A stretch of DNA of 64,000 bases from an uncultured Proteiniphilum sp. (GCA_964439965.1 CAYTQG010000002.1:5008-69007), one strand, 5' to 3'. Positions 9,933-20,743 are shown, counted from the first letter of the stretch. Notes: a model not told the origin generated them from the letters alone. Program-made: numbers and translations.

Positions 9933-11057
9933 ATGAAATTTGTTGTATCTAGTTCAGCACTATTGAGTCATTTGCAAGCAATAAGTAGAGTGATAAATCC
10001 AAAAAACAATATCCCTATTTTAGATTGTTTTTTATTGGAATTGGAAGATAATGTATTGACTATCACTGCTGCTGATGCAGAGACTAGGCTCGAAACGAAG
10101 CTTGAGGTTAGTGAACTTTCCGAACCTGGTAGCCTAGCTATCAATGCTAAAAACCTGTTGGAGCCATTAAGAGAGTTACCTGATCAGCCATTAACTATAG
10201 ATGTAAATCTTGAGACACTTGAGGTGTTTATATTCTATCATAATGGTAAGTATAATTTTGTGGGACAAAAGAGCGATGAGTTTCCTACACCTAAGGAGTT
10301 GAAAGACTCAGCGATAAGCATGGTTTTGCCTGCTGAAGTATTATTCAATGGTATCAATAGAACTATTTATGCAACTGCAGAAGATGAGCTACGCCCAGTG
10401 ATGAATGGTATTTATTTTGATATCACAGACGAGAATATGACTTTCGTAGCATCAGATGGTCATAAGCTTGTTAGAATAATTAATACAGCAGTAAAGGGAG
10501 ATGGTAGAGCTTCATTTATATTGCCTAAGAAGGCTGCACTGCTTCTTAGATCATTGTTGCCAAAGGAGAGTGGTGATGTGGAAATTATTTTTGATGAAAA
10601 CAACGCTTATGTTAAGATGTCAAATAACATTTTGATATGTAGGTTTGTTGAGGGACGTTTCCCAAATTATAATTCGGTAATTCCACAAAACAATCCCAAC
10701 AATGTAACACTAGATAGAGTTTCATTCTTAAATGCCTTGAAGCGTGTAAGTGTATTCTCTAATCCTGCAAGTAGCCTTGTGAAGCTTCAGATGTCTCAAG
10801 ATAAGATTACTATTTCGGCACAAGATATTGATTTCCAAACTTCGGCTGAGGAGGTGATACCTTGTCAATATAATGGCAATGTGATGAGTATTGGTTTTAA
10901 AGCAGTGTTTCTTATCGATATTCTTAGCAACATACCTGCTTCAGATGTTACACTTGAACTATCAGATCCTTCACGAGCAGGTATTATATTCCCAGTTGAA
11001 AATGAAGAGGACGAGGACGTTCTGTCGTTGTTGATGCCAATGATGCTTAATGACTAG
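9933..11057 (+). CDS. dnaN: DNA polymerase III beta clamp
   Basis: MKFVVSS..., RPVMNGIYF, VASDGHKL, GRFPNY, C-terminal LLMPM. Confidence 0.96.
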   Translation: MKFVVSSSALLSHLQAISRVINPKNNIPILDCFLLELEDNVLTITAADAETRLETKLEVSELSEPGSLAINAKNLLEPLRELPDQPLTIDVNLETLEVFIFYHNGKYNFVGQKSDEFPTPKELKDSAISMVLPAEVLFNGINRTIYATAEDELRPVMNGIYFDITDENMTFVASDGHKLVRIINTAVKGDGRASFILPKKAALLLRSLLPKESGDVEIIFDENNAYVKMSNNILICRFVEGRFPNYNSVIPQNNPNNVTLDRVSFLNALKRVSVFSNPASSLVKLQMSQDKITISAQDIDFQTSAEEVIPCQYNGNVMSIGFKAVFLIDILSNIPASDVTLELSDPSRAGIIFPVENEEDEDVLSLLMPMMLND

Positions 11058-11086
11058 GAGTGGAGTTTATAAATACATAAAATAAT

Positions 11087-11857
11087 ATGCAGCTTAATTT
11101 GAAAAACCCGTTAGTCTTTTTTGATCTTGAGACAACCGGTATAAATATATCTAAAGATAGAATTGTAGAAATTTCGATACTTAAAGTATTCCCTAATGGA
11201 AAGGAGGAGGTGAAGACTCGCCGTATAAATCCGGAGATGCCTATACCACCACAATCTACAGCAATACATGGAATTACTGACGAGGATGTGAAGGATTGTC
11301 CTACATTTAAACAGATAGCTAAATCATTAGTTGAGATTTTAGAGGGTAGCGATTTGGCAGGTTTTAATTCAAGCCGTTTTGATGTGCCTATGTTATCTGA
11401 GGAGTTCTTAAGGGCCGGAATAGATTTTGATATGAGTAAGCGTAAGTTTATAGATGTTCAGATAATATATCATCGTAAAGAACCTAGAACTCTATCGGCT
11501 GCATATAAGTTTTACTGTGATAAGACTTTAGAGAATGCTCACTCAGCAGAGGTTGATACAAGAGCTACGTACGAGGTGTTGAAGTCGCAGTTGAAGATGT
11601 ACCCCGACCTAACAAATGATATTGAGGCTTTATCAAAGGAGTATTCAAGTTTTAATGATAATGTTGACTATGCTGGCAGAATGATTTATGATGAAAATGG
11701 TGTTGAGCTGTTCAATTTTGGTAAACATAAAGGGAAGCCTGTAGCCAAAGTGTTGGTAGATGAGCCAGGATATTATGCTTGGATGATGGATGGTGATTTC
11801 CCCTTAAACACAAAGCAAGCACTAACAAAGATTAGATTGCGTGAAATGAATAAATAG
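11087..11857 (+). CDS. dnaQ: DEDDh 3'-5' exonuclease (DnaQ/epsilon-like)
   Basis: FFDLETTG, FDVPML, AHSAEVD motifs; directly follows dnaN. Confidence 0.8.
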   Translation: MQLNLKNPLVFFDLETTGINISKDRIVEISILKVFPNGKEEVKTRRINPEMPIPPQSTAIHGITDEDVKDCPTFKQIAKSLVEILEGSDLAGFNSSRFDVPMLSEEFLRAGIDFDMSKRKFIDVQIIYHRKEPRTLSAAYKFYCDKTLENAHSAEVDTRATYEVLKSQLKMYPDLTNDIEALSKEYSSFNDNVDYAGRMIYDENGVELFNFGKHKGKPVAKVLVDEPGYYAWMMDGDFPLNTKQALTKIRLREMNK

Positions 11858-11866
11858 TAGAGTGAT

Positions 11867-12544
11867 ATGAGGAACGTTTTTTATATTTTCCTTTTGTTTG
11901 CATCTTTATTATTATACAGTTGTGGAAGTGGTAAGGCTAATAGCGACGAGTCGGGTTCAATTATTGAGGGGGTAAAGCCAGAGAGACCAAAGCGATTTAC
12001 TGGCAATTACAATTTAGAGTTTAATGACTTGCAAGATTTGCATATGTCTTCTGCTGAAGAGCTTGGAATTCCACCACTTGAAAGTAGAGATGATACAATT
12101 AAGTATAGAAAAAAACTGGTAAGATTACCTGACGAACTCGAACTTTATAGAACTTATGATCTTACTCATTCCGTTCCTTTTTTAGTTCCTACAGCTGCAA
12201 AGCTCTTTATTGATATTGCTCATAATTTCAGAGATTCGTTATATAGCAAGGATTTGCCTCTGTATAAATTGTACTTAACTAGTGTTTTGCGTTCAGATGA
12301 TGATGTTGCTAGCTTAACAACGAGGAATACAAATGCAAGTCACAACTCTACTCATAGGTATGGAACAACATTCGATATATCGTGGAAGAGATTTGATCAG
12401 GTTGTGCCTGATAGTACTAATGAAGTGATGCCAGAGAGATTGAAGCTTGTTCTTGCTCAGGTTATTTACGACTTGAAAAATGAGGATAGGTGCTACGTTA
12501 AGCATGAAAGGCAACAAGCATGCTTTCATATAACTGCTAGATAA
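11867..12544 (+). CDS. Lipoprotein, DUF5715-like (peptidase M15/Hedgehog-like H-x6-D...H motif)
   Basis: Lipobox LYSC; TSVLR, NASHNSTHRYGTTFDISW, CFHITAR. Confidence 0.65.
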   Translation: MRNVFYIFLLFASLLLYSCGSGKANSDESGSIIEGVKPERPKRFTGNYNLEFNDLQDLHMSSAEELGIPPLESRDDTIKYRKKLVRLPDELELYRTYDLTHSVPFLVPTAAKLFIDIAHNFRDSLYSKDLPLYKLYLTSVLRSDDDVASLTTRNTNASHNSTHRYGTTFDISWKRFDQVVPDSTNEVMPERLKLVLAQVIYDLKNEDRCYVKHERQQACFHITAR

Positions 12545-12566
12545 ACATTTATAAATCATAATATAT

Positions 12567-12602
12567 AAGACTTGTGGGAGTGGTTTCTACAAGTCTTTTT
12601 TT
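12567..12602 (+). terminator. Intrinsic terminator after the dnaN operon
   Basis: AAGACTTGTGGGA/TTCTACAAGTCTT stem followed by a T run. Confidence 0.75.
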
Positions 12603-12625
12603 AAATACAGCTTTATACTAATAAT

Positions 12626-13375
12626 ATGATTAGATATTTTACAGAGTTATCATATAGTGGGAAAAATTATGTGGGTTGGCAAATACAACCTAATGGATTA
12701 TCGGTTCAAGAAGTTCTTCAAAAGTCATTGTCAACTATTTTAAGGCAAGAAATTGATGTTGTAGGTGCTGGCAGAACTGATGCCGGAGTTCATGCCGAAA
12801 AAATGTTTGCACATTTTGATGTAGAGTCAGAGATAGTTGATTGTGAATCTATGGTGGGAAGATTAAATAATTTTTTACCTAAAGATATTTCTATTCATGC
12901 TATTAGAAGAGTAAAAGATGATGCGCACGCACGATTTTCGGCAGCATCGAGAACCTATAAATATCATGTTACAACTAAGAAGGATGCTTTTATGTATGAT
13001 TATAAACATAGAATCTATTTTGCACCAGATGTTGAATACATGAATTCTATGTGCAAAGTGTTTATGGAATACGAAGATTTTACTAGCTTTAGTAAGCTAC
13101 ACACTGATGTGAAGACAAATATATGTCATATTCGTGATGCATATTGGGAAGTTGATGGTGATGATTTGATTTTCACTATCACTGCCAATAGATTTCTCAG
13201 AAACATGGTCCGTGCTATTGTGGGTACTATGTTGCAAATAGGTAAAGGCAAACTAGATGAGGATGGACTGCGAAAAATATTCGCTCAAAAGGATAGGCAA
13301 AAGGCAGGCGATTCAGCCCCAGGACACGCACTATTTTTGCACCATGTGGAATATCCCGATGACATATGGATGTGA
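12626..13375 (+). CDS. truA: tRNA pseudouridine(38-40) synthase
   Basis: YVGWQIQPN, GAGRTDAGVHA, HARFSA, FLRNMVRAIVG. Confidence 0.95.
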   Translation: MIRYFTELSYSGKNYVGWQIQPNGLSVQEVLQKSLSTILRQEIDVVGAGRTDAGVHAEKMFAHFDVESEIVDCESMVGRLNNFLPKDISIHAIRRVKDDAHARFSAASRTYKYHVTTKKDAFMYDYKHRIYFAPDVEYMNSMCKVFMEYEDFTSFSKLHTDVKTNICHIRDAYWEVDGDDLIFTITANRFLRNMVRAIVGTMLQIGKGKLDEDGLRKIFAQKDRQKAGDSAPGHALFLHHVEYPDDIWM

Positions 13376-13378
13376 ATA

Positions 13379-13879
13379 CTATGACTTACTTCTGAATGTG
13401 AAATACTTCTGAGAGAAGTAGCTAAAGGCAGTGCATATACCTGTTACAATCATTTTAGATATGGTAGGATAAAACCTGAATACTTCAACTAATAGTTTAA
13501 TACCAAAATAATTGATAAGTAAGTTGACACCTACAACGGACATATATCGTGCCAACTGATAGTATCCGCGTACTTCGGATGCAGTGAATGTTACGTATTT
13601 TTGTAATAAGAAGCCTGTAAGTAATGTGATAGGGAATGTTACTAAAAGAGCTGCAATATGTGGACTAATACTAATATTGATTAGAGGAATATCTAAAATA
13701 GTTTTCTGAAAAATAAAGTTGTAGCTAACAAAAAACAATATCCAATCGAATAGCATATTTGCTGATCCTGTAACTCCATATCTAAAGAATTGCCTGCTAA
13801 AGTATTTGCTGAAAGGTGGATAAAAGAAATCAATAACTCTTCTAATGTACTTCCCTAATATGACTAGAACTCTTCTCAT
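13379..13879 (-). CDS. GtrA family membrane protein
   Basis: QFFRYGVTG, four TM segments, QKYVTF / QKYFTF motifs. Confidence 0.75.
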   Translation of the reverse strand: MRRVLVILGKYIRRVIDFFYPPFSKYFSRQFFRYGVTGSANMLFDWILFFVSYNFIFQKTILDIPLINISISPHIAALLVTFPITLLTGFLLQKYVTFTASEVRGYYQLARYMSVVGVNLLINYFGIKLLVEVFRFYPTISKMIVTGICTAFSYFSQKYFTFRSKS

Positions 13880-13892
13880 TTAATAATATCCT

Positions 13893-14798
13893 CTATATAT
13901 TAATGCAAATGCTAAAGATAAGGGAAAGCAAAAAGCCTGCAATGGCTGTCTCTTTCAAGTATGGATCAAGTTCTTTATCTGATTTTTTCCATATATTAAT
14001 CAATGTCCTAGATTGCACAATGTAAACCAAAACATAAAGATATCTATACCAAGGATGAGCAGCGAATAGAAAGCTATAGGTGAGAAATAACAAAAACATA
14101 GCCACTGTCATTACAGTGTGGTACACTTTAGCCCCGAGAAGTCCCATTTTAGAAGCCACAGTTATCTTCCATGAACTGATATCATTTTTAATATCCCTCA
14201 TGTTGTTCACATTCAATATCATAGTGCTTATAATTCCCAATCCGATTGAGGGCAGTAGCGGTTGTAAGCTAATGCTATTGGTGTGAAGGAAATAGGTCCC
14301 AATTACAGCAATGGGGCCAAAGAATAGAAAAGCAAAAAAATCGCCCCAGCCAATATATCCATATGCATATCTACCTAATGTATAAAATAGGGCTGCCAAA
14401 ATGCATATTAGCCCAACTACAACTAAAACAATAATAGTAACTGCATCTATGCTCTTTATGGATGTGAAAATAAGCAATAGGCCAATAATTACCACTATTA
14501 TTGTATTTATAATAATGGCAGTTTTCATCTGCTTGGGTGTTATTTTTCCACTTTGAACGGCTCGCTCTGGTCCTTGCCTCTTTCCCGTGATGTCGGTACC
14601 TTTTATATAGTCTCCCAAATCGTTTGAAAGATTAGATAAAATTTGGATTGATATCGATAGTAGTAAAGCGAGTAGGAGAGTGGTTTTACTGAATAGGCCT
14701 ACGTGAATAGCTAACCCACTACCTAGAGTAACTCCAGCCACTGCTAAGAATAGAGTACGAAACCTAAATGCAGATATCCAATGTTTTAGTTTTGACAT
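13893..14798 (-). CDS. menA: 1,4-dihydroxy-2-naphthoate octaprenyltransferase
   Basis: WISAFRFRTL, NLSNDLGDYIKGTD, NNMRDIKND UbiA-type motifs. Confidence 0.9.
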   Translation of the reverse strand: MSKLKHWISAFRFRTLFLAVAGVTLGSGLAIHVGLFSKTTLLLALLLSISIQILSNLSNDLGDYIKGTDITGKRQGPERAVQSGKITPKQMKTAIIINTIIVVIIGLLLIFTSIKSIDAVTIIVLVVVGLICILAALFYTLGRYAYGYIGWGDFFAFLFFGPIAVIGTYFLHTNSISLQPLLPSIGLGIISTMILNVNNMRDIKNDISSWKITVASKMGLLGAKVYHTVMTVAMFLLFLTYSFLFAAHPWYRYLYVLVYIVQSRTLINIWKKSDKELDPYLKETAIAGFLLSLIFSICINI

Positions 14799-14807
14799 AA
14801 ATAGGAT

Positions 14808-14843
14808 AAAAAAACATTAGTTCTCAATTAGAGAACTAATGTT
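14808..14843 (-). terminator. Intrinsic terminator after proS
   Basis: Perfect 13-bp stem AACATTAGTTCTC/GAGAACTAATGTT with a U-tract on the minus strand. Confidence 0.75.
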
Positions 14844-14864
14844 GCGATTTGTTTTAGAAATGCC

Positions 14865-16346
14865 CTAATAAGATTGAGCAAATATAACTCTTTGAGTTGA
14901 GGGCTTACCAGTAACCATACATTTACCTGGAGTTTTATCTCCTTCAATTGGTATGCATCTGATAGTAGCCTTAGTTTCATTTTTTATAAGCTCTTCTGTT
15001 TCAGGAGTTCCGTCCCAATGGCAGAGCAAGAATCCACCTTTTTTAATCTCCTCTTTAAATTCTTCATAAGTATCTACTTCGCGAGTATTCTCATTTCTGA
15101 ATTTAAGAGCCTTTTGGAAGATATTATCTTGAATTTCGTCTAATAGGTTCTTAATGTATTCTTCAATACCCTCGCTAGACATTGTTTCCTTTGTAAGAGT
15201 ATCTCTACGCGCAACTTCTATTGTGCCGTTTTCTAAATCACGACCACCCATTGCTAATCTTACTGGAACACCTTTAAGCTCGTACTCAGCAAACTTCCAG
15301 CCTGGCTTTTTATTGTCAGAGTTGTCATATTTCACACTCACTCCTAAAGCCTTTAGTTTAGCCATTATACCTTCAACCTTTTCATTTATTTGATTAAGTT
15401 GCTCTTCATTTCTATAAATTGGTACAATAACCACTTGATATGGAGCTAACTTAGGAGGAAGAACCAAGCCATTGTCGTCGCTATGTGTCATTACTAGTGC
15501 ACCCATAAGTCTTGTAGAAACGCCCCATGAAGTAGCCCAAACGTAATCGCGGCCACCATCTTTATCAGAGAACATAACATCAAATGCCTTTGCAAAATTC
15601 TGACCAAGGAAGTGAGATGTGCCCGATTGTAAAGCCTTACCATCTTGCATCATAGCCTCAATGGTATAAGTATCAACAGCACCAGCAAATCTTTCCGACT
15701 CCGATTTATGACCTACAATTACTGGCATAGCCATAAAATCGTGTGCAAATTCAGAGTAAACATTAATCATTTTTACTGTCTCCTCAATAGCTTCTGCCTC
15801 GGTGGCATGAGCAGTGTGCCCCTCCTGCCATAGAAATTCGGCAGTGCGTAAAAATAGTCTTGTTCTCATTTCCCATCTCACCACGTTTGCCCATTGGTTA
15901 ATTAGAATAGGAAGATCTCTATATGATTGAATCCAGTTTTTATATGTATTCCAAATAATAGTTTCAGAAGTAGGACGAACAATAAGCTCTTCTTCAAGTT
16001 TTGCCTCTGGGTCCACTATCACGCCACTACCATCAGGAGCATTTTTTAATCTGTAGTGAGTTACTACAGCACATTCTTTAGCAAAACCCTCCACGTGATC
16101 TGCTTCGCGGCTTAAAAAAGATTTAGGAATAAATAGCGGAAAGTAGGCGTTTACGTGCCCTGTCTCTTTAAACATATCATCAAGCTGACGTTGCATTTTC
16201 TCCCAAATAGCATAGCCATAAGGCTTTATAACCATACTGCCTCTTACAGCCGAATTCTCAGCTAGCTCAGCTTTAATTACTAAATCTTGATACCACTGCG
16301 AATAGTCCTTGCTACGTGGTGTAAGTTCTTTTAATTCCTTTGCCAT
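14865..16346 (-). CDS. proS: Proline--tRNA ligase (archaeal/eukaryotic type)
   Basis: [45 protein letters not shown]-terminal Y. Confidence 0.96.
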   Translation of the reverse strand: MAKELKELTPRSKDYSQWYQDLVIKAELAENSAVRGSMVIKPYGYAIWEKMQRQLDDMFKETGHVNAYFPLFIPKSFLSREADHVEGFAKECAVVTHYRLKNAPDGSGVIVDPEAKLEEELIVRPTSETIIWNTYKNWIQSYRDLPILINQWANVVRWEMRTRLFLRTAEFLWQEGHTAHATEAEAIEETVKMINVYSEFAHDFMAMPVIVGHKSESERFAGAVDTYTIEAMMQDGKALQSGTSHFLGQNFAKAFDVMFSDKDGGRDYVWATSWGVSTRLMGALVMTHSDDNGLVLPPKLAPYQVVIVPIYRNEEQLNQINEKVEGIMAKLKALGVSVKYDNSDNKKPGWKFAEYELKGVPVRLAMGGRDLENGTIEVARRDTLTKETMSSEGIEEYIKNLLDEIQDNIFQKALKFRNENTREVDTYEEFKEEIKKGGFLLCHWDGTPETEELIKNETKATIRCIPIEGDKTPGKCMVTGKPSTQRVIFAQSY

Positions 16347-16445
16347 ATCTTTTTTGTTACTTTATATTCATGTTTTTAGCAAATGCAAAAATACATGATT
16401 TTATTTTAATATCCTTATAGATAGATGAAAATAGACTTAAAGCAC

Positions 16446-16492
16446 AAAAAACCCTCTGCTTATGGCATAATAAATATGCAAAGCAGAAGGTT
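16446..16492 (-). terminator. Probable terminator after galE
   Basis: AACC-CTCTGCTT...AAGCAGA-AGGTT stem preceded by an A run on the + strand. Confidence 0.6.
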
Positions 16493-16519
16493 CTTTTATA
16501 CTATTATATTGCCAATAGG

Positions 16520-17554
16520 CTAAATGATTTTCTTTTCACGAAGCTTTTGTTGCCAGTTCCATGCCGAAGCCATTGTGTCTTCGATTGTTTCACCTGCTTT
16601 CCAACCCAACACATTATTTGCTTTGTCAGCTTGTGCCCATATTTTTTCGATATCGCCTTCGCGTCTGTCAGCAATCTTGTAATTTAGTGGTTTGCCAGCA
16701 ACTTGTTCAAACACTTTAATCAACTCTAACACAGACAAACCAACGCCAGTACCAAGGTTGAAGATTTCCACTTTGTCGTCCGATTTGTTTTCAAGCATAC
16801 GCTCAATTGCAATTACGTGAGCTTTCGATAAATCCACAACATTGATAAAATCGCGAATACATGATCCGTCAGGAGTATCATAGTCGTCACCAAAAACGCT
16901 AAGCTGCTCACGTATTCCCATTCCAGTTTGAGTAATAAATGGAACTAAGTTTTGTGGAACTCCCAGTGGTAGTTCACCAATTTCGCCAGATGGGTGGGCA
17001 CCAATAGGATTAAAGTAGCGAAGAATTACACTTTTGATAGGTGCACCTGAGTGAACAAAGTCATTAATAATTTCCTCATTGATTTGTTTCGTGTTTCCAT
17101 ATGGCGATGTAGCTGGCTTGATAGGGGCATTCTCATCAATAGGATTTTGATCAGGCTCGCCATACACGGTGCACGAAGATGAAAACACTATGCCTTTAAT
17201 ATCATGCTTAGGCATAAGCTCAAGCAGGTTGATAAGTGAAACTAAATTGTTTCTGTAGTACATCAATGGCTTTTGTACAGACTCGCCCACAGCCTTGCTA
17301 GCTGCAAAGTGTATAATTCCATCAATACCCTGATGCTTATTCAACACAGCTTCAAGAGACTTCATGTCCACTAGGTCTATTTTCTCAAAAATAGGTCTTT
17401 TGCCTGTTATTTTCACAATCCCTTCAATAACGTCAGCGTTAGAGTTTGATAGATTGTCTATAATAATCACTTCGTATCCAGCTTGCTGTAATTCAACAAC
17501 TGTGTGAGAACCAATATATCCGGTTCCGCCTGTAACAAGAATTTTTTTTGACAT
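16520..17554 (-). CDS. galE: UDP-glucose 4-epimerase
   Basis: GGTGYIGSH, SSSCTVYG, YGNTK, LRYFNPIGAH. ATG 17554 chosen. Confidence 0.95.
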   Translation of the reverse strand: MSKKILVTGGTGYIGSHTVVELQQAGYEVIIIDNLSNSNADVIEGIVKITGKRPIFEKIDLVDMKSLEAVLNKHQGIDGIIHFAASKAVGESVQKPLMYYRNNLVSLINLLELMPKHDIKGIVFSSSCTVYGEPDQNPIDENAPIKPATSPYGNTKQINEEIINDFVHSGAPIKSVILRYFNPIGAHPSGEIGELPLGVPQNLVPFITQTGMGIREQLSVFGDDYDTPDGSCIRDFINVVDLSKAHVIAIERMLENKSDDKVEIFNLGTGVGLSVLELIKVFEQVAGKPLNYKIADRREGDIEKIWAQADKANNVLGWKAGETIEDTMASAWNWQQKLREKKII

Positions 17555-17672
17555 AGTAAGTTTATTGTTCTTTTTATTCAAGTTACAAAGTTAATAAATT
17601 ATGGTGTAATTTAAAGTAGATATATCTCTATTCATTTTGAAAAGATTAATTTTGCATTTAAAAAGTACAATA

Positions 17673-18158
17673 ATGATAGATATTTCAAATATAGATAAAG
17701 AAGCCTCGCTTCGCCAAGGTGATTGGAAAAGGTTTTATCAAAAGAATAAGCAGAAATTAAAAAAGATGGATCGTATAATTCATCGCCTACATGATGAGGT
17801 TTCGGCTGAGATTGATTGCTTGGAGTGTGGAAACTGTTGCCGCTCACTAGGACCCATGATTTCTGAAAAGGATATAGATAACATTTCTAAGAGCATGCGA
17901 ATGAAGCCATTCGACTTCATTGACAAATATCTAAAGCGAGATGAAGACAATGATTTTGTGTTTCAAAGTATGCCATGCCCATTTTTGGGAGATGATAATT
18001 ATTGCTCCATTTACGAGAATCGTCCCACAGCCTGTCGAGAGTATCCGCATACCGACAGAAATAAGTTTTATCAGATATACAATCTTACTATAAGAAATGC
18101 TCACATATGTCCCATAGCATTTCAAGTGCTCGAGAGACTTATTCACGAGGAAGTGTAA
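17673..18158 (+). CDS. YkgJ family cysteine-cluster protein (CxxCxxCC)
   Basis: CLECGNCC, CPFL, CSIYENRPTACREYP. Confidence 0.85.
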   Translation: MIDISNIDKEASLRQGDWKRFYQKNKQKLKKMDRIIHRLHDEVSAEIDCLECGNCCRSLGPMISEKDIDNISKSMRMKPFDFIDKYLKRDEDNDFVFQSMPCPFLGDDNYCSIYENRPTACREYPHTDRNKFYQIYNLTIRNAHICPIAFQVLERLIHEEV

Positions 18159-18223
18159 TTATTTTGTTGTAGTGAGATTTTTAGTTCCATTAAATTGTTA
18201 TAAATTTGTGATTATTGCAAATA

Positions 18224-19207
18224 ATGGAATACGAAGTACGCACATATTATAATAAAAGTCATTTGCCCTATCTAAGTGATAAAAACTTTTTTCACTTTGC
18301 CTCCACTTTCGATTGGTATAGTAATATTTCCTACTATACACCATTGATGATAGTGGTATATAGGGACAATAAGCCTATAGCCTCTATGTCGGCATTAATT
18401 ATGCGTATTAATCGATTTTTGTATGGTTCGGCGTTCAAGCGATGCTATTTGTCACAGCAGCCCGATTTTTATGAAAAGGAATTGAATAAAATTGAAGTTT
18501 TCGATCTTCTTATCTCGGCATTGGTGAAAGAGGTAGGCACCAAAGTGCTTTATATTGAATACCGAAACCTCAGTAGTCCTAGTTTTGGATATAAGGGATT
18601 TCGAGAAAATGGATTCTATTATGCACGCTGGATAAATGTGTACAACTCATTACAGAAGAGACGCGACATATGGAATCAATTATCACGTACACGCAAAAAT
18701 CAAGTCAATAAATCAAAGCGAAAAGGAGTATTAATCGAAGAGATAACTACTGCCGAAGAACTACGGCATATATATAGACTAATCGATAAATCTAAGAACT
18801 GGAAAGTATTCAATCGTTTCCCACCATATCAATATTTCGAAAATTTTTTGGAGTTCTATGTCAAGGCCAACAAAGGTCGCATACTAGTATCCAAGTATAA
18901 GGATAAGATAATAGGTGGAGTGATATTAGGATTTCAACGGAAAAAGGTTGTTGTATTATATTTCTGGGGAAAAGACAAAACATATAAATATCTAAACCCA
19001 TCTGTTTTTACCCTGTATTCAGCAATGGAATTGGCCGAAAAAGAAAAATACGAAGTGTTCGACTTTATGGATGCCGGCTATTTAAATATTAGAGCAGGCA
19101 AGCCACGATTCTTGTTGCAATTTGGTGGAAAGTCAAAATTTACCCGCCGTTGGTATCGTTTCAACTGGAAAATACTCAGTTTTCTAGCAAAAAGAATTTA
19201 CGAGTAA
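18224..19207 (+). CDS. GNAT/FemAB-like acyltransferase
   Basis: IWNQLSRTRKNQVNKSKRKGV, FDFMDAG, QFGG pattern of FemAB-like GNAT domains. Confidence 0.65.
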   Translation: MEYEVRTYYNKSHLPYLSDKNFFHFASTFDWYSNISYYTPLMIVVYRDNKPIASMSALIMRINRFLYGSAFKRCYLSQQPDFYEKELNKIEVFDLLISALVKEVGTKVLYIEYRNLSSPSFGYKGFRENGFYYARWINVYNSLQKRRDIWNQLSRTRKNQVNKSKRKGVLIEEITTAEELRHIYRLIDKSKNWKVFNRFPPYQYFENFLEFYVKANKGRILVSKYKDKIIGGVILGFQRKKVVVLYFWGKDKTYKYLNPSVFTLYSAMELAEKEKYEVFDFMDAGYLNIRAGKPRFLLQFGGKSKFTRRWYRFNWKILSFLAKRIYE

Positions 19208-19311
19208 ACAATATAATCATAAAGTTAAATGTGAAAATTGTATTCAAAAGTGTGGTTTAGGATAGATTATGGTTAATAAGTAATAAATACTGCAGATTTG
19301 TTGCTATAATG

Positions 19312-19343
19312 TTTGGTGGATATTCAAAAGCGCTATATATTTG
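19312..19343 (+). promoter_or_regulatory. Bacteroidetes sigma-A promoter of the putative sRNA
   Basis: TTTG (19312-19315)-N20-TATATTTG (19336-19343). Confidence 0.75.
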
Positions 19344-19347
19344 CACT

Positions 19348-19418
19348 GTGTTTTTCATGGTATTAGATTTAAGGTTAACAATGGAGATTGGTTGTCGTGA
19401 GACAACCATTTTCTTTTT
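19348..19418 (+). ncRNA. Putative ~70-nt small RNA with its own promoter and terminator
   Basis: Consensus promoter directly upstream; body GTGTTTTTCATGGTATTAGATTTAAGGTTAACAATGGAGA; stem TGGTTGTC-GTGA-GACAACCA plus U-tract; no ORF. The 5' end is estimated. Confidence 0.7.
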
Positions 19419-19510
19419 ATAGACATTCCATCTCACAAGACACAATATCCCCTCTCTTTTAATTTATCCAAATCATTCAGCTAGTTGGTTAATAAATAGC
19501 TTCCCAGCGT

Positions 19511-20251
19511 CTATTTATATTTTTCCCAAAGCCCTGAGTATATTATTTCTTTCGTTTGTTCTATTATCTGCGGTATTTCTTCTTTATCTAGCCCCTTTGT
19601 AGGTATTGGTTCGTGTATTATCAACTCCATTTTGTGTGGTTTTAGCTTAAACGATCCCCTTTTCAAAACATCGAAAGGTCCATTTATGGTTAATGGAACA
19701 ATAGGCAACTCCAAATCGTGTGCTATATGATATGCTCCACGTTTAAATCTTCCCATCTTACCTGTTCTAGTTCGTGCTCCTTCCGGAAATAGCATAATCG
19801 ATACGCCATCTGTAATCTGTTCTTTTGCAGCATTTATTGTATTCATTCTTGTAGTGGTATTAGTATTATCTACAAACACATGGCCAGCCTTTTCAGATGC
19901 ATACCCAACAAGCGGGATGTTGCGCAGGCTCTGTTTCTGCACCCATTTAATATTTTGATTTAAAAAGCCATAGGTAAGGAATATATCAAACGAGCCTTGA
20001 TGATTTGCTACAAACACGTACGATTGTTTAGGATCAAGGTTTTCGTGTCCACTACTTTTTATTCTGCATAGCGCTAGCCAGCAAGTAAACTTCGACCACC
20101 ATTTGGGAGGATAATAACCCCAAAATCTGCTTCCGAAAATGGAGGTGAATAACATAACCGTAAGAGCTGTCAAAATTGTAAGCACAGCAAAAACAGGCAT
20201 GAAAATTAGCCACTGATACAAAAAACTTAATACCGATTTGAGAATCTTCAT
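19511..20251 (-). CDS. plsC: 1-acyl-sn-glycerol-3-phosphate acyltransferase (PlsC family)
   Basis: NHQGSFD (HxxxxD), FPEGART. ATG 20251 chosen. Confidence 0.85.
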   Translation of the reverse strand: MKILKSVLSFLYQWLIFMPVFAVLTILTALTVMLFTSIFGSRFWGYYPPKWWSKFTCWLALCRIKSSGHENLDPKQSYVFVANHQGSFDIFLTYGFLNQNIKWVQKQSLRNIPLVGYASEKAGHVFVDNTNTTTRMNTINAAKEQITDGVSIMLFPEGARTRTGKMGRFKRGAYHIAHDLELPIVPLTINGPFDVLKRGSFKLKPHKMELIIHEPIPTKGLDKEEIPQIIEQTKEIIYSGLWEKYK

Positions 20252-20440
20252 AACATAGATGTAAAACTTAATTTGCAAAAATAATAATTTTTGTCCTTTT
20301 TTTTTATTAATACGACAATGCTTTTTATTAATTTGCTCCAATTATGAACTGAATTCAAATATTTTGCCCGAATAATTTTATAGATTGGCGAATTTTGTGT
20401 TTATTTGCGTTACGAATTCAACAACATAATATATTATACA

Positions 20441-20725
20441 ATGAAAGAAATAGCAAAGTATTCAGGAGTGCTGGTTATGATTATTGGAGTTTTGGTTTTG
20501 GCAATACCATTTTTTGGCGGAACCACTAATAATACTAACCTTTTAATTGGATTACTTTTAGTGATTGAGGGCTTCTTGGGTCATATCTATGTGAACAACA
20601 TGAAAAAGGGATCAGTTGTAGGTAATATTGTTTGGGCAATTATTCTACTGTTGGTTCCATTTGCATTGTTTTTCGGAATGAAGAATATGGCTTATGAAAA
20701 AGATGAATTCGCTCTGTACAACTAA
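20441..20725 (+). CDS. Small three-TM hypothetical protein
   Basis: Hydrophobic ORF from ATG 20441 followed by a terminator. Confidence 0.65.
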   Translation: MKEIAKYSGVLVMIIGVLVLAIPFFGGTTNNTNLLIGLLLVIEGFLGHIYVNNMKKGSVVGNIVWAIILLLVPFALFFGMKNMAYEKDEFALYN

Positions 20726-20743
20726 AATTTAATATCCTAGCGT

